Shown: positions 47,020 through 56,747 of the stretch, one piece after another
Position numbering within the stretch: position 1 is the stretch's first letter
Layout: every line of letters starts with the position of its first letter
Source of the DNA: Candidatus Binatia bacterium
GTDB taxonomy: Bacteria > Desulfobacterota > Binatia > UBA12015
Length of the DNA stretch: 64,000 bases
Reading direction: 5' to 3'
Assembly: GCA_029248525.1 (NCBI GenBank)
Contig: JAQWJE010000002.1
Span: 2,381-66,380, forward strand
Translations under genes and position numbers: made by a program
Notes under the pieces: model-generated
Told to the model about the DNA's origin: nothing
Seen by the model: the letters and a program-made list of their open reading frames with translations, nothing else
The model's database searches: none

Positions 47020-48057
47020 GTGCCAACCTTACCCATAGCCATCATCGGCTTCGGCCGAATCGGCGAGGTCCATGCCCGAAATTGTCTGGCGATGGCGGTC
47101 AGCGGCGCACCCGTGGCACTGGCCGCCATCGTGGAGCCACGCGAAGAGCGCCGCGAGGCCGCAGCCCGTGCCCTCTCCGAACAACAGGGCGCACCCGTTC
47201 GCAGCTTCCCGTCGGTCCACCAACTTCTGGAGGAGATGACGATTGCCGGGGCGATTGTGGGCTCCACCACGGCGAGCCATTATTCCAATGCCAAAGCCCT
47301 GGTCGAATCCGGCTGTCGCGTCCTGCTGGAGAAACCTCTGACAGATTCTCCGGCCGGCGACCGCGAGTTCACTCATTTCCTCAATGCCCACCACCCGGAA
47401 GCTCTGATGCTCGCTTTTCAGCGACGCTTTGATGCACCTCTGCAGTGGGCGAAATCCATGATCGACCAAGGGCGCATCGGCCGTCCCTTCAAATTTGTCT
47501 CGATCCTCGAAGACTCAAATCTGATGCCCACTGGCTACCAGACCCCCGGACTTCTGCGGGATATGGCCATCCATAACGTCGACGAACTCCTTTGGCTTTC
47601 CGGACAAAAACCATCTCATATTCGCCATACCGGCAGCCGTATCTACAGCCATGCCCTGACGAATGTCGACGAAGATTTCGACGATGCCTTGCTCCAGTTC
47701 CAACTCGGCGAAGGGGCGATCGGGCAGATTCAGGTCAGTCGCAATCATGTCGCTGGCTATCGCTGCGAAACTTGGGTCTATGGAGAGGAAGGCATGGTCC
47801 ACGTGGGCGAATTTCACCAGAATGACCGTGAGGTTCTTGCGGAGGCATTCGGGCGCGACCGCGCCCCGCAAAAGCAGATCTTTCCGCTACCCCCGACGGC
47901 ATCCGGCGCGCCGGAATTCGTTGCGCGGTTCGGCCCCTCCTACGCTCGCGAACTGGAAGTCTTCCTGCATCATTTGACGGAGAAGACGGCCTTTCCCGTC
48001 GACCAGAACGATGGGTTGCGGGCGACCGAAGTGCTGGAAAACGCGCAGGCCGTCTGA
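47020..48057 (+). CDS. Gfo/Idh/MocA-family NAD(P)-dependent oxidoreductase
   Basis: GTG start. The Rossmann N-terminus is LPIAIIGFGRIGEVHARN, and the EKP motif is LLEKPLT. 345 aa. Confidence 0.85.
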   Translation: MPTLPIAIIGFGRIGEVHARNCLAMAVSGAPVALAAIVEPREERREAAARALSEQQGAPVRSFPSVHQLLEEMTIAGAIVGSTTASHYSNAKALVESGCRVLLEKPLTDSPAGDREFTHFLNAHHPEALMLAFQRRFDAPLQWAKSMIDQGRIGRPFKFVSILEDSNLMPTGYQTPGLLRDMAIHNVDELLWLSGQKPSHIRHTGSRIYSHALTNVDEDFDDALLQFQLGEGAIGQIQVSRNHVAGYRCETWVYGEEGMVHVGEFHQNDREVLAEAFGRDRAPQKQIFPLPPTASGAPEFVARFGPSYARELEVFLHHLTEKTAFPVDQNDGLRATEVLENAQAV

Positions 48058-48061
48058 TCGA

Positions 48062-48271
48062 CTATTGCCAACCGGCCTTCCACACTGCCGGATCTCGCAA
48101 ATCGCGCCATGGGACCTCATACTCCGCACCCGTGACGACCGCTTCGAGGACGGCCGTGACCGCAGGCCCCTCGCGCGGCAAGGTCCGGACCACCACAAAA
48201 TGCTTCTCCTTGTTTTGTGGCTCGCACGCCGTCCATTTACTGCCCTGTAGTTTTTTGGGGTGAACCGACAT
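48062..48271 (-). CDS. TIGR02450-family Trp-rich small protein
   Basis: Trimmed to MSVHPKKLQGSKWTACEPQNKEKHFVVV...LEAVVTGAEYEVPWRDLRDPAVWKAGWQ. This matches the family pattern as I remember it. The start overlaps the upstream stop (TGATG). Confidence 0.75.
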   Translation of the reverse strand: MSVHPKKLQGSKWTACEPQNKEKHFVVVRTLPREGPAVTAVLEAVVTGAEYEVPWRDLRDPAVWKAGWQ

Positions 48272-49500
48272 CAAGGTGCCTCGGTTCGTGCACGCACGCG
48301 GGGCTGCAAGGGTGGGGGCTGGATCATGATCGGCAGATTCGAGGAAATGATCGGCGCCTCGGCCGCTCCTTGCCAGGCCAGCGCGGGCCACCAGGCGCCC
48401 ACGGTTCGTGGCGAATCCGCACGGACGGTTTCTCCGGTCTTCGGGATGACCAGATGAATATCGTCAGCATCTGCCGCTCGCTGTATGCGTTCCACCGGTT
48501 CGGTCCAACCATGCAGTGCAAGCGAAAAGGTGCCCCAGTGAATCGGCACCATCAGACGACCGCGGGACATACGAAAAGCCTGCGCTGCCTGCTCGGGGCC
48601 CAGATGGGAGTCCGTCCATCTCTGGTTGTAGGCCGCGATCTCCAGCATCGCGATATCGAAGGGGCCATAGCGCTCCCCGATCTCCAGAAAATGCGGCCCC
48701 ATCGAAGTATCCCCGCTGAAATAGACGCTCTCCTGACCACCTTGCACGACCCAGCCCGACCATAGAGTCTCATTTCGGTTGAACAGTCCCCTGCCGGAGA
48801 AATGTCGCGAAGGAACACAGGCAATTTTGAGCCCCCGGTAATCCCGCTCCTCCCACCAGTCCATCTCCTCGATCTGGTCTGGCGGGATACCCCAAAGTTC
48901 GAGATGCGCTCCTACCCCAAGCGGCACGAAGAATCGCAGCCCGGGCCGGTTGAGCGCGCGAATCGATGCCATGTCCAGGTGGTCGTAATGATCGTGGGAA
49001 ATCAGTACCGCGTCGAGGTCGGGCAACTCTTCGAGCGAAACGCCCGGCGCGACGAACCGCTCCGGCCCCACCCAACTGAAGGGCGAAGCGCGTTCGGAAA
49101 AAATCGGGTCCGTAAGCACGCGGCGACCGTCGAGCTCGATCAGCACGGTCGAATGGCCGATCAAGCTCACCGCAAGATCGTTCCCGGCGGGACGGCGCAA
49201 GCGTTGCGACAAAGTCTCGTCGCGCGGCAGTTCGGAGTCGGGGCGCGTTGGTGCCTGATTGGTAAGAGCCGCCAACGCTACCGAACCGACATCGCTTGGG
49301 GAGTGTCGCAGCTCATTGACGAAAACTTTCTCCTTCGGATCGAATTGCGGAGATTCCTGCATGCGAGCCAGGCGCTCGCCCGAGGGCGCTGCTCCCATGG
49401 ATCGCCAAGTGGCGCACGACGTCGCGCACGACGTCACCATCAGCAAAAGAAGCCACATGGCTGTCGAGCCAGATGCGTGGGGAAAGGGAGGGCGTAACAT
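48271..49500 (-). CDS. MBL-fold metallo-hydrolase, NAPE-PLD-like
   Basis: Track ORF 48271..50490 trimmed to ATG 49500, because the upstream part is antisense to the 49669 gene. An alternative start is 49458 (MWLLLLMVTSC). It has ISHDHYDHLD (H-x-H-x-D-H) and later HWGTF. Confidence 0.8.
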   Translation of the reverse strand: MLRPPFPHASGSTAMWLLLLMVTSCATSCATWRSMGAAPSGERLARMQESPQFDPKEKVFVNELRHSPSDVGSVALAALTNQAPTRPDSELPRDETLSQRLRRPAGNDLAVSLIGHSTVLIELDGRRVLTDPIFSERASPFSWVGPERFVAPGVSLEELPDLDAVLISHDHYDHLDMASIRALNRPGLRFFVPLGVGAHLELWGIPPDQIEEMDWWEERDYRGLKIACVPSRHFSGRGLFNRNETLWSGWVVQGGQESVYFSGDTSMGPHFLEIGERYGPFDIAMLEIAAYNQRWTDSHLGPEQAAQAFRMSRGRLMVPIHWGTFSLALHGWTEPVERIQRAADADDIHLVIPKTGETVRADSPRTVGAWWPALAWQGAAEAPIISSNLPIMIQPPPLQPRVRARTEAP

Positions 49501-49668
49501 TCGGATCACCAAGTCTTTCCCTCCTGTTCCGGACACCGATTCGCAAGTCCGGAAGGGCTTTTCGCGCCAGAACGCCTCGGCGGAAGACCCGAGCGGTAAA
49601 TTCGCAGAGCACATGGTAGGCAAAACCCAACGCGGCAGCCACGAAGGATCGCCGCCCACGAAGGAGCG

Positions 49669-50562
49669 ATGAAAATGGCAAAAATGAACCTTGGTGCGGT
49701 CAGTCTCGAATACGATACCTTCGGCGACAAAAACGACGAAACCATCCTTTTGATCATGGGGCTCGGCGGCCAGATGATCCTCTGGGAAAACGATTTTTGT
49801 AACGGATTGGCGTCGCGAGGCTTCCATGTCATCCGCTTCGACAACCGCGATGTCGGGCTGTCCACCTGGTTCGATGAGGCCGGTGTCCCCGATGTCGCCA
49901 AGGTCTTTCTCGACGGCATGGCCGGGCTTCCGGTCGATTCGGCCTACACACTGGACGATATGGCCGACGACTGCGTGGGTCTCCTCCGCGGATTGGGCAT
50001 CGAAAGGGCCCATATCGCCGGCGGGTCGATGGGTGGCATGATTGCCCAAGCCATGGCCATCAACCACCCTGATGTCACGCGCAGCCTGACCTCGATCATG
50101 TCGACCACGGGGCGCCCCGGCCTGCCCGGGCCGACGCCCGACGCGGCGGCCGTTCTGGCCACACCTCCGCCCGAGACTCGGGACGAGTTTATCACGGAAG
50201 CGATTCGTCGCGATCGTGTGATCGGCTCGCCTGACTTTCCACCGACCGACGAGTTTCTCGCAGCACGCGCCGCGCGCGGCTACGACCGTGCTTTCCATCC
50301 GACCGGCACAGCCCGACAGCTTGCCGCGGTCGCCGCCCATGGCGACCGCACCGAACGCCTGCAAAAACTGACAGTACCGACAGTCGTCATCCATGGCGAC
50401 AAGGACCCCTTGATCCCGATCGCCTCGGGCCAGGCCACCCATGAAGCCATCTCGGGCTCTGAATTCCTGACGCTCGAGGGCATGGGGCACGATATGCCGC
50501 GGCCACTCTGGCCACAGATTATCGACGGCATCTGTCGCGCAGCCGCCCGCGCCAAAGCCTGA
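49669..50562 (+). CDS. Alpha/beta hydrolase
   Basis: LLIMGLGG, nucleophile elbow HIAGGSMGG, and a late GMGHDMP His. 297 aa. Confidence 0.85.
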   Translation: MKMAKMNLGAVSLEYDTFGDKNDETILLIMGLGGQMILWENDFCNGLASRGFHVIRFDNRDVGLSTWFDEAGVPDVAKVFLDGMAGLPVDSAYTLDDMADDCVGLLRGLGIERAHIAGGSMGGMIAQAMAINHPDVTRSLTSIMSTTGRPGLPGPTPDAAAVLATPPPETRDEFITEAIRRDRVIGSPDFPPTDEFLAARAARGYDRAFHPTGTARQLAAVAAHGDRTERLQKLTVPTVVIHGDKDPLIPIASGQATHEAISGSEFLTLEGMGHDMPRPLWPQIIDGICRAAARAKA

Positions 50563-50611
50563 TTGCGAAGGGTCGCAGCGGAGGCGACCGGCCGCGCTGT
50601 CGGTCCGGTGC

Positions 50612-51484
50612 TCAACCCACTCCGATGTCGTGATCCGGGTGGATCAAGCTGACCCCCAGAACCTCGCGCAACCCACGGTTCCCGACCGACTTCCCGGAAA
50701 CGGGCTCGGGCGGGAGCTCCCAAACAGGTGCTGGGCGTCCCTCGTGGCGAGCGACCTCGGCAAAAATTTCACGCCGGGTACGATGGTCATCCGCACAAAC
50801 ATGGATGACCCCCGACCATGCTGCCGGAAGTTCCAGCGCAGCTCGAATCGCCTGGAGGACATCGTCTCGGTGGACCAGATTGGTCGGGGCGCAACCACTG
50901 CCGGGAATCACCGCTTCGGGGTCCCGCCGATAGATCCGGCCGAGCTCTCGGCCCGGCCCATACAGACCGGCAAGGCGCAGCACCGCCACGGGAACATTGG
51001 CTCTGGCCGCCCCGGTGAGAATCACCTCTTCGGCGTCTCGTTGTAGTCGCCCCCGCTCCGAAGTCGGCCACTCGGCACAATCTTCATCGAGCTCCTCGAG
51101 TTGATTGAGTTGATCCGGCAGAGCCGACGTCGAAGATGTGTAAATCAGACGCGCGGGAGGTGCGAGCGCACAGGCTTGCGCAACCACTTCGGCCCCACCG
51201 AGATAAAGCCCGCGACGATCGGCGTCGGGCCCGCCCGGAGCCCAGGAGACGATCACTGCGTGTGCCCCCTCGATCAACTCTGCAAGCGCCGCGACCCCAT
51301 CCCTGGCCAAATCAAAGGCCTTGTACGTCGCCGAAGGTCGGAGAGGCTCACCACGCGGGCGACCGGTGCGCGTCGTCGCAACGACCGCGTAGCCCTCTTC
51401 CACCAGAGAGGCTGCCGCAGCGCCGCCGATCCACCCCGCGCCAATGATCACGACCCGGCCCGAATTTTTCTCGAGATTCTTCAT
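50612..51484 (-). CDS. NAD(P)-dependent epimerase/dehydratase-family (extended SDR-like) protein
   Basis: Track ORF trimmed to MKNLEKNSGRVVIIGAGWIGGAAA (Rossmann motif). The ATG overlaps the upstream stop (ATGA). Confidence 0.75.
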   Translation of the reverse strand: MKNLEKNSGRVVIIGAGWIGGAAAASLVEEGYAVVATTRTGRPRGEPLRPSATYKAFDLARDGVAALAELIEGAHAVIVSWAPGGPDADRRGLYLGGAEVVAQACALAPPARLIYTSSTSALPDQLNQLEELDEDCAEWPTSERGRLQRDAEEVILTGAARANVPVAVLRLAGLYGPGRELGRIYRRDPEAVIPGSGCAPTNLVHRDDVLQAIRAALELPAAWSGVIHVCADDHRTRREIFAEVARHEGRPAPVWELPPEPVSGKSVGNRGLREVLGVSLIHPDHDIGVG

Positions 51485-51900
51485 AGGCGGAAAAACATAG
51501 CCACGGCGACCACGCCGCGCATGGTCCAGGCAATCGTGCGTAACCAGTTGGACTGCACCAGCCGCTGCGCCACCTTTGGGTCGAATTTCTCGGCGAGTTC
51601 GCCATGGGCCGGCATCTGCAGAAAGACCGTGGACATCCAGATGATGAGCAGGAGCAAGGCACCCAGCCAGGGGAGAAAACCCGGGTAAACAAGGAGGAGG
51701 AGTCCGGCGCAAAACACTTCGAGGAACATCGGAGGCGCGACCAGAGGGGTGATCCGCCGCATATGTTCCGCATGGTAAGCCGCGGCTCCCGAGGCTGGCA
51801 CCGACGCGAACAAGGGATAAGAGACGGATTGGATGGTCCAGATCAATCCGACCAGAAACAAGGTCGTCACCACCTGCACCCCCAACAAGAGAGTCAGCAT
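51481..51900 (-). CDS. DUF1772-like (anthrone-oxygenase family) membrane protein
   Basis: Four hydrophobic helices, with the pattern SVSYPLF...HMRRITPLVAPPM. The start is taken as MLTLLLGV (51900), although 51933 is possible. The family call is from memory. Confidence 0.55.
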   Translation of the reverse strand: MLTLLLGVQVVTTLFLVGLIWTIQSVSYPLFASVPASGAAAYHAEHMRRITPLVAPPMFLEVFCAGLLLLVYPGFLPWLGALLLLIIWMSTVFLQMPAHGELAEKFDPKVAQRLVQSNWLRTIAWTMRGVVAVAMFFRL

Positions 51901-52097
51901 CCCGCACGACTCCCCGAAGCCAAGATTTGCCACCAGACGAGCATGGGAAGAATACTAACCCAATTCCCGCGAGATGGCCCGAATTCGGGTGATATTTCCG
52001 TGTTGCGGAGGGACGACCGGGGCTGTGCAAATTTGGTCCATCTGCTTTACTAGATGGGAAGACTCATGTTCACCGAAACCAAGAGGGCCGGTCCACC

Positions 52098-53570
52098 ATG
52101 CAATCCAAAGAATCTCTGAGAATCGCTGTTATCGGGGCTGGTCCCGCGGGCATCGCCGCCGGGCACGAACTTCTGGCGCAAGGCTTCACCAATTTTCGTA
52201 TCTTCGAAAAAGCGGCCGCTCCCGGCGGGACCTGGCATTTGCACACCTACCCGGGGCTGGCCTGCGACGTCTGGGCGCATTCCTATACATTCTCCTACCG
52301 CCCCAACCCGAACTGGACCTCGAGCTTTGCCGACCAACCCGAGATCGAGAGCTACCTCCAGACCTGTGCCACCGAGTTCGGTCTCGACCCTCATATCCAG
52401 CTGAACACGCGCATTGTTCGGGCCGCTTTTGAGGAAAACGAGGCCGTCTGGTCGCTCACCAGCGATGCGGGCGAATCATGGACCTTCGACATCGTGATCA
52501 ATGCAATGGGGAATCAGCATACCGCACTCTACCCCGACGTCCCCGGCAAGGAGACCTTCGCCGGAGATACCTGGCACGCCACCGAGTGGAATCATGACGT
52601 GGACCTCAAGGGGAAAAAAGTCGTGATCGTTGGCTCGGCCGCCAGTGCGGTGCAGATTGTGCCGGAGGTCGCGAAGGTTGCCGGACACCTCACCGTCCTG
52701 CAGCGCACCCCGAACTGGATCATGCCTCGCGGGAGCAAACCCTATTCCGAATCCAGACGGGCATGGAACCGTCGTCTTCCCTTGCTGATTCGAGCCACGC
52801 AAAAAATTCAGGGCATCATGATGGGCTTTGTCCATAAAGCCGCGACCAACGGCGACCCCATGATGAAGAATTTCGAAGATCGGGCGAAAAAATTTATCGA
52901 CACTGCCATCTCGGACCCTGAACTACGGGAAGCTCTGACGCCGAGCAGCAGCTACGCTTGCAAGCGCGGTCTCGTGTCGGATGGTTTCTACCCGGCACTG
53001 ATGGAGGACCACGTCGAGTTGATTCCAGCCGGCCTCGCCAGCGTGACTCCCGAGGGCATCACCACAGCCAACGGCCGAACCATCGATGCCGACGTGATCA
53101 TCTATTGCACCGGCTACCGGATTCTCGATTTTGATCGGATCGAAGTCCTCGGCAAGGAAGAAAAGTCCCTGGCCGACGTGATGGCAGTCGCACCCGAGTC
53201 CCATAAGGGCATCGCTGCCCCGGGTTTTCCCAATTACTTTTTCGCAGTCGGGCCCAACGGTCTGGTCCTCAATGTCCCCTACTTTACGACCGTCGAGCGC
53301 AATGTCGCCAGTATCGTGACCTTGCTTGGCGCCAAGCAAGCCGAGGACCTGCGCAGCCTCGAGGTCAAGCGGGAAGCGCATGAAGAGTATAACGACTGGA
53401 TGCGCACCCAATTCGGGCTCTACTCCTGGGGTTCCTCCAACTGCAACAGCTACTACCAGAACGCCGCAGGCCAAGCGCCATTCCTCTTTCCGGGCAATTT
53501 CAAGACCTACGTCGAGTTCCACGAGAAGCTCAGCCTCGACGAATTCGAGACCTCAGGGCACTCCGAATAG
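52098..53570 (+). CDS. Flavin-containing / Baeyer-Villiger-type monooxygenase
   Basis: FAD motif VIGAGPAGIAAG, BVMO-like fingerprint FAGDTWHATEW, NADP motif VVIVGSAASAVQ. 490 aa. Confidence 0.8.
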   Translation: MQSKESLRIAVIGAGPAGIAAGHELLAQGFTNFRIFEKAAAPGGTWHLHTYPGLACDVWAHSYTFSYRPNPNWTSSFADQPEIESYLQTCATEFGLDPHIQLNTRIVRAAFEENEAVWSLTSDAGESWTFDIVINAMGNQHTALYPDVPGKETFAGDTWHATEWNHDVDLKGKKVVIVGSAASAVQIVPEVAKVAGHLTVLQRTPNWIMPRGSKPYSESRRAWNRRLPLLIRATQKIQGIMMGFVHKAATNGDPMMKNFEDRAKKFIDTAISDPELREALTPSSSYACKRGLVSDGFYPALMEDHVELIPAGLASVTPEGITTANGRTIDADVIIYCTGYRILDFDRIEVLGKEEKSLADVMAVAPESHKGIAAPGFPNYFFAVGPNGLVLNVPYFTTVERNVASIVTLLGAKQAEDLRSLEVKREAHEEYNDWMRTQFGLYSWGSSNCNSYYQNAAGQAPFLFPGNFKTYVEFHEKLSLDEFETSGHSE

Positions 53571-53633
53571 CTCGAATCGAGACGGAGCCGGCAAGCAATC
53601 GGAAAATACTCTCGACTGCGCTACACTTCGACC

Positions 53634-56024
53634 ATGCGGCGATTTTACCCTGAGACATTCCTGATCGCATTGGCGGTCATCTTGCTCGAGGTGAGCTACA
53701 CTCGCGTTTTTTCCTACAAGCTCGTCTACTACTTCACCTATCTGATCATCGGAGTTTCCCTGCTGGGCCTTGGCTCCGGAGGGGTTTTCGTAGCCATCTC
53801 CGACCGACTCCGCCGAACGGCCCCGGAGCGGATCATTTTGATGAGTTGCGCGGTGGCAGCGGTCTCGGTCCTCGCCAGCTACCTGCTGGTCGCGCTGATG
53901 CCTCTCAATCTCTTCCAAATGATGATGGGCTTCTCTCAGGGGGCCCTGCGCACGCCGCTATGGACGCTCGCGAAACTCTCCCTGGTCCTCTTGTCCCTCT
54001 ATATTCCCTTCCTCGCGGCCGGCGTCGCACTATCCATAATCTTTGCCACGCAAACCGAGAAGATCGCACGACTCTATTTTGTGGATCTGCTGGGTGCCGC
54101 TCTCGGCGCCGCAATCGTGATTCCCGCCCTCACCCTGCTCACCCCGCCCGGCGTCGTCTTTCTGGCAGGCCTTTTCTTCGCGATTGCCGGGGCCCGGTTG
54201 GCGCGGGAAATTTCTGGATTCTGGCGGAATCTCTCTCTGGTGGCCACCGTCATACTTCTCGCAGGTGTCATTCTGCCGAATTCGCTGCCGGATCCTATCC
54301 GCGACAAGGTCAAGGGCGGAGAAGCGACAGGAAGCGCCTTTACCCAATGGGACCCGGTATTTCGGGTCGATGTGGTTCCATTTTTCTTCGGAGAGCCACG
54401 GCAGCAGATTCTTTACCATGACGGCACCATCGGTTCTTCGATGACCGAATGGAATGGCGATATGGACGCACTTGGGCGCTACGATACCATGGATCGCGCC
54501 CACCCATTCCGGCTGCTCCCGCCCGGCCCCAACATCGCCATTGTCGGTTCCGCCGGAGGCAATGAAATCCTCGCCGGACTACATTTCGGCGCCCGCAAAA
54601 TCACCGGGATCGAACTCAATCCGGTGACGGTCTCGCTGCTCGAAAATGAATTTGCCGAATTCACCGGCAACCTCACTACCAATGAAAAGGTGACGGTCGT
54701 CAATGCGGAGGGCCGAGCTTTCCTCAAGGGATCCGAGGAGAACTACGACCTGATCTGGTTGGTAGCCCCCGACAGCTACGCCGCCATGAACGCCGCCACT
54801 TCCGGCGCCTTCGTTCTGTCCGAGAGCTATCTATATACCAAGGAAATGGTCGAAGATGCGGTCGAGCATCTCACCAAAGACGGCATTCTTTGTGCTCAGT
54901 TCGGAGAACTCGACTTTGACGAGAATCCGAATCGTACCATTCGCTATTTGGGGACCGCCCGGCTGGCGCTCGCCGAACTGGGGATTCGCAACTTCGAACG
55001 ACACGTGATGGTAGGCGTATCGCCGGGATATGGGCGGCTCGAAACCACCACCATCCTGATCAAGAAATCGCCCTTCACCGAAGCCGATATTGCGACGTTC
55101 CGCTCAAGCACCTCGGATGTCGAGGGCGCTCGCGTCAGCTTCGTATGGAGCACACCGGTGCCCGATTCGCCTGTGACCACAGTCATCCTGGGAACTCCGG
55201 ATGAACTCGAGACCTTCTACACAAATTTCCCCTACAAGGTGCGCCCCATCACCGATGATTCGCCTTTCTTCTGGCATTTCGTCGGTCTGCCCGAAGCTCT
55301 ATTCGGATCGGATCGGGCCGGAGCGTGGAATGTTGAAGAAGGTGTCGGCGAGCGACTCTTGATCACCTTCCTGCTTCTGGCAATCTGCTTCGCGGCGCTT
55401 TTTCTCCTCCTGCCCCTCGTATTCCTGCGCAAGATCTGGAGTGAAATTCCCTACAAATGGAACTCCGGAATCTACTTCGCCGCGTTGGGCTTGGGATTCA
55501 TGTTCATTGAGATCTGCCTGATCCAGAGACTGACTCTTTTCCTCGGATACCCGACTTACTCCCTGACCGTGACCCTCTTTGCGCTTCTGGTCTCGACAGG
55601 AATCGGAAGTCTCCTCAGCGAGCGCTACGCTACCCGCAGGAATCAGGCCTTCACTGTATTGCTGATTACGTTGGCCGGACTGATTGCGTTCTACGAAGTT
55701 GTCCTTCCGTGGGTCGCTGACGTCGGCATGGCGTGGAGCTTTCCGACTCGCGTGATCATCACCATCCTCAGCCTCACGCCGCTGGGACTATGTCTGGGTG
55801 CCTTTATGCCGCTCGGACTCCGATCAGTGTCGGAGACCACTGAACACGGAGAGCAATACGTGGCATGGTGCTGGGCCATCAACGGGTTCTTCTCCGTCAT
55901 GGCATCGGTCCTCGCCACACTGCTCAGCATGACCTACGGATTCAATGCCGTCATGATTATCGGCTTTGTGATCTATGCGCTGGGGATTGCTGCGTTTCGC
56001 CGTGTCCCGACCCCCGGGATTTAG
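53634..56024 (+). CDS. Polytopic membrane protein fused to a spermidine-synthase-like (class I MTase-fold) domain
   Basis: About 7 N-terminal and about 5 C-terminal TM helices flank a soluble core. The core contains IAIVGSAGGNEILAGLHFGARKITGIELNP and DLIWLVAPDSY. Confidence 0.7.
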   Translation: MRRFYPETFLIALAVILLEVSYTRVFSYKLVYYFTYLIIGVSLLGLGSGGVFVAISDRLRRTAPERIILMSCAVAAVSVLASYLLVALMPLNLFQMMMGFSQGALRTPLWTLAKLSLVLLSLYIPFLAAGVALSIIFATQTEKIARLYFVDLLGAALGAAIVIPALTLLTPPGVVFLAGLFFAIAGARLAREISGFWRNLSLVATVILLAGVILPNSLPDPIRDKVKGGEATGSAFTQWDPVFRVDVVPFFFGEPRQQILYHDGTIGSSMTEWNGDMDALGRYDTMDRAHPFRLLPPGPNIAIVGSAGGNEILAGLHFGARKITGIELNPVTVSLLENEFAEFTGNLTTNEKVTVVNAEGRAFLKGSEENYDLIWLVAPDSYAAMNAATSGAFVLSESYLYTKEMVEDAVEHLTKDGILCAQFGELDFDENPNRTIRYLGTARLALAELGIRNFERHVMVGVSPGYGRLETTTILIKKSPFTEADIATFRSSTSDVEGARVSFVWSTPVPDSPVTTVILGTPDELETFYTNFPYKVRPITDDSPFFWHFVGLPEALFGSDRAGAWNVEEGVGERLLITFLLLAICFAALFLLLPLVFLRKIWSEIPYKWNSGIYFAALGLGFMFIEICLIQRLTLFLGYPTYSLTVTLFALLVSTGIGSLLSERYATRRNQAFTVLLITLAGLIAFYEVVLPWVADVGMAWSFPTRVIITILSLTPLGLCLGAFMPLGLRSVSETTEHGEQYVAWCWAINGFFSVMASVLATLLSMTYGFNAVMIIGFVIYALGIAAFRRVPTPGI

Positions 56025-56027
56025 AAT

Positions 56028-56747
56028 ATGCCTTCTGCACCCATCCATCTCGGTCGTATTTCGCCAACCATGGCCCTCCGCGTGGCCACGGCCGTCTATC
56101 GTGTCGTGCGCGATTCGACAGACACGGATGAGATTGTGGTTGCCGAGGAGATCACCTCACAGCAACAATTACGCTACTGGCTCAGCGAGGGCATCTTCGA
56201 TTCCGATGAGGGCCGTCGCCTCTGGGCACAAAGACCGGAATTTTCGGAAACCAACCTCGACACCCTACGGGCCCTCCCCGACGACTCGCTCGGCCGCGAA
56301 TTTGCTCGCTTCCTCGACGACCAGTCCATCAGCCTTGCCGGTTTGGCGCAGGGAACACCGTTTACCGATGGGGCCGACGAATCGTATCTGATGCGACGCA
56401 TCCGCCAATGCCACGATCTATGGCATGTCCTGCTCGGCCTCGGCACACAGGGCCATGAAGAAGTCCTGGTGCATTGCTTCAGCATCGCGCAGACCGGTTT
56501 TCCCTACTCGCTGATCGTGATCAGCCTCGGCTCTCTCAAGCATATGGTTTTGGAGGGGCGCTGGAACACCTTGCGGAACGAGACCCGTGCCGCGTGGAAT
56601 TGCGGCGCCGAGGCCAAGCCGATCCTGGGAGTTTTCTGGGAAGAACGATGGGACCAACCCCTTGCCGAAGTTCGCCGCGACCTCGGCATCGAAGTGATCG
56701 GTTCACAAGCGGCCTTCAGCACGCAACAACGGAGTCTACCGGCATGA
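56028..56747 (+). CDS. COQ4-family protein
   Basis: Has the COQ4 zinc-ligand motif H-D-x2-H-x10-E in IRQCHDLWHVLLGLGTQGHEEV. It starts 4 nt after the upstream stop. Confidence 0.7.
   Translation: MPSAPIHLGRISPTMALRVATAVYRVVRDSTDTDEIVVAEEITSQQQLRYWLSEGIFDSDEGRRLWAQRPEFSETNLDTLRALPDDSLGREFARFLDDQSISLAGLAQGTPFTDGADESYLMRRIRQCHDLWHVLLGLGTQGHEEVLVHCFSIAQTGFPYSLIVISLGSLKHMVLEGRWNTLRNETRAAWNCGAEAKPILGVFWEERWDQPLAEVRRDLGIEVIGSQAAFSTQQRSLPA

Noticed and set aside
46826-47038. 70-aa ORF reading through the CCCGAAA repeats (..PETYPETYPETPP..).
   Set aside because: It overlaps the 3' end of the hydrolase gene and has no RBS. The peptide periodicity is a by-product of the DNA repeat.
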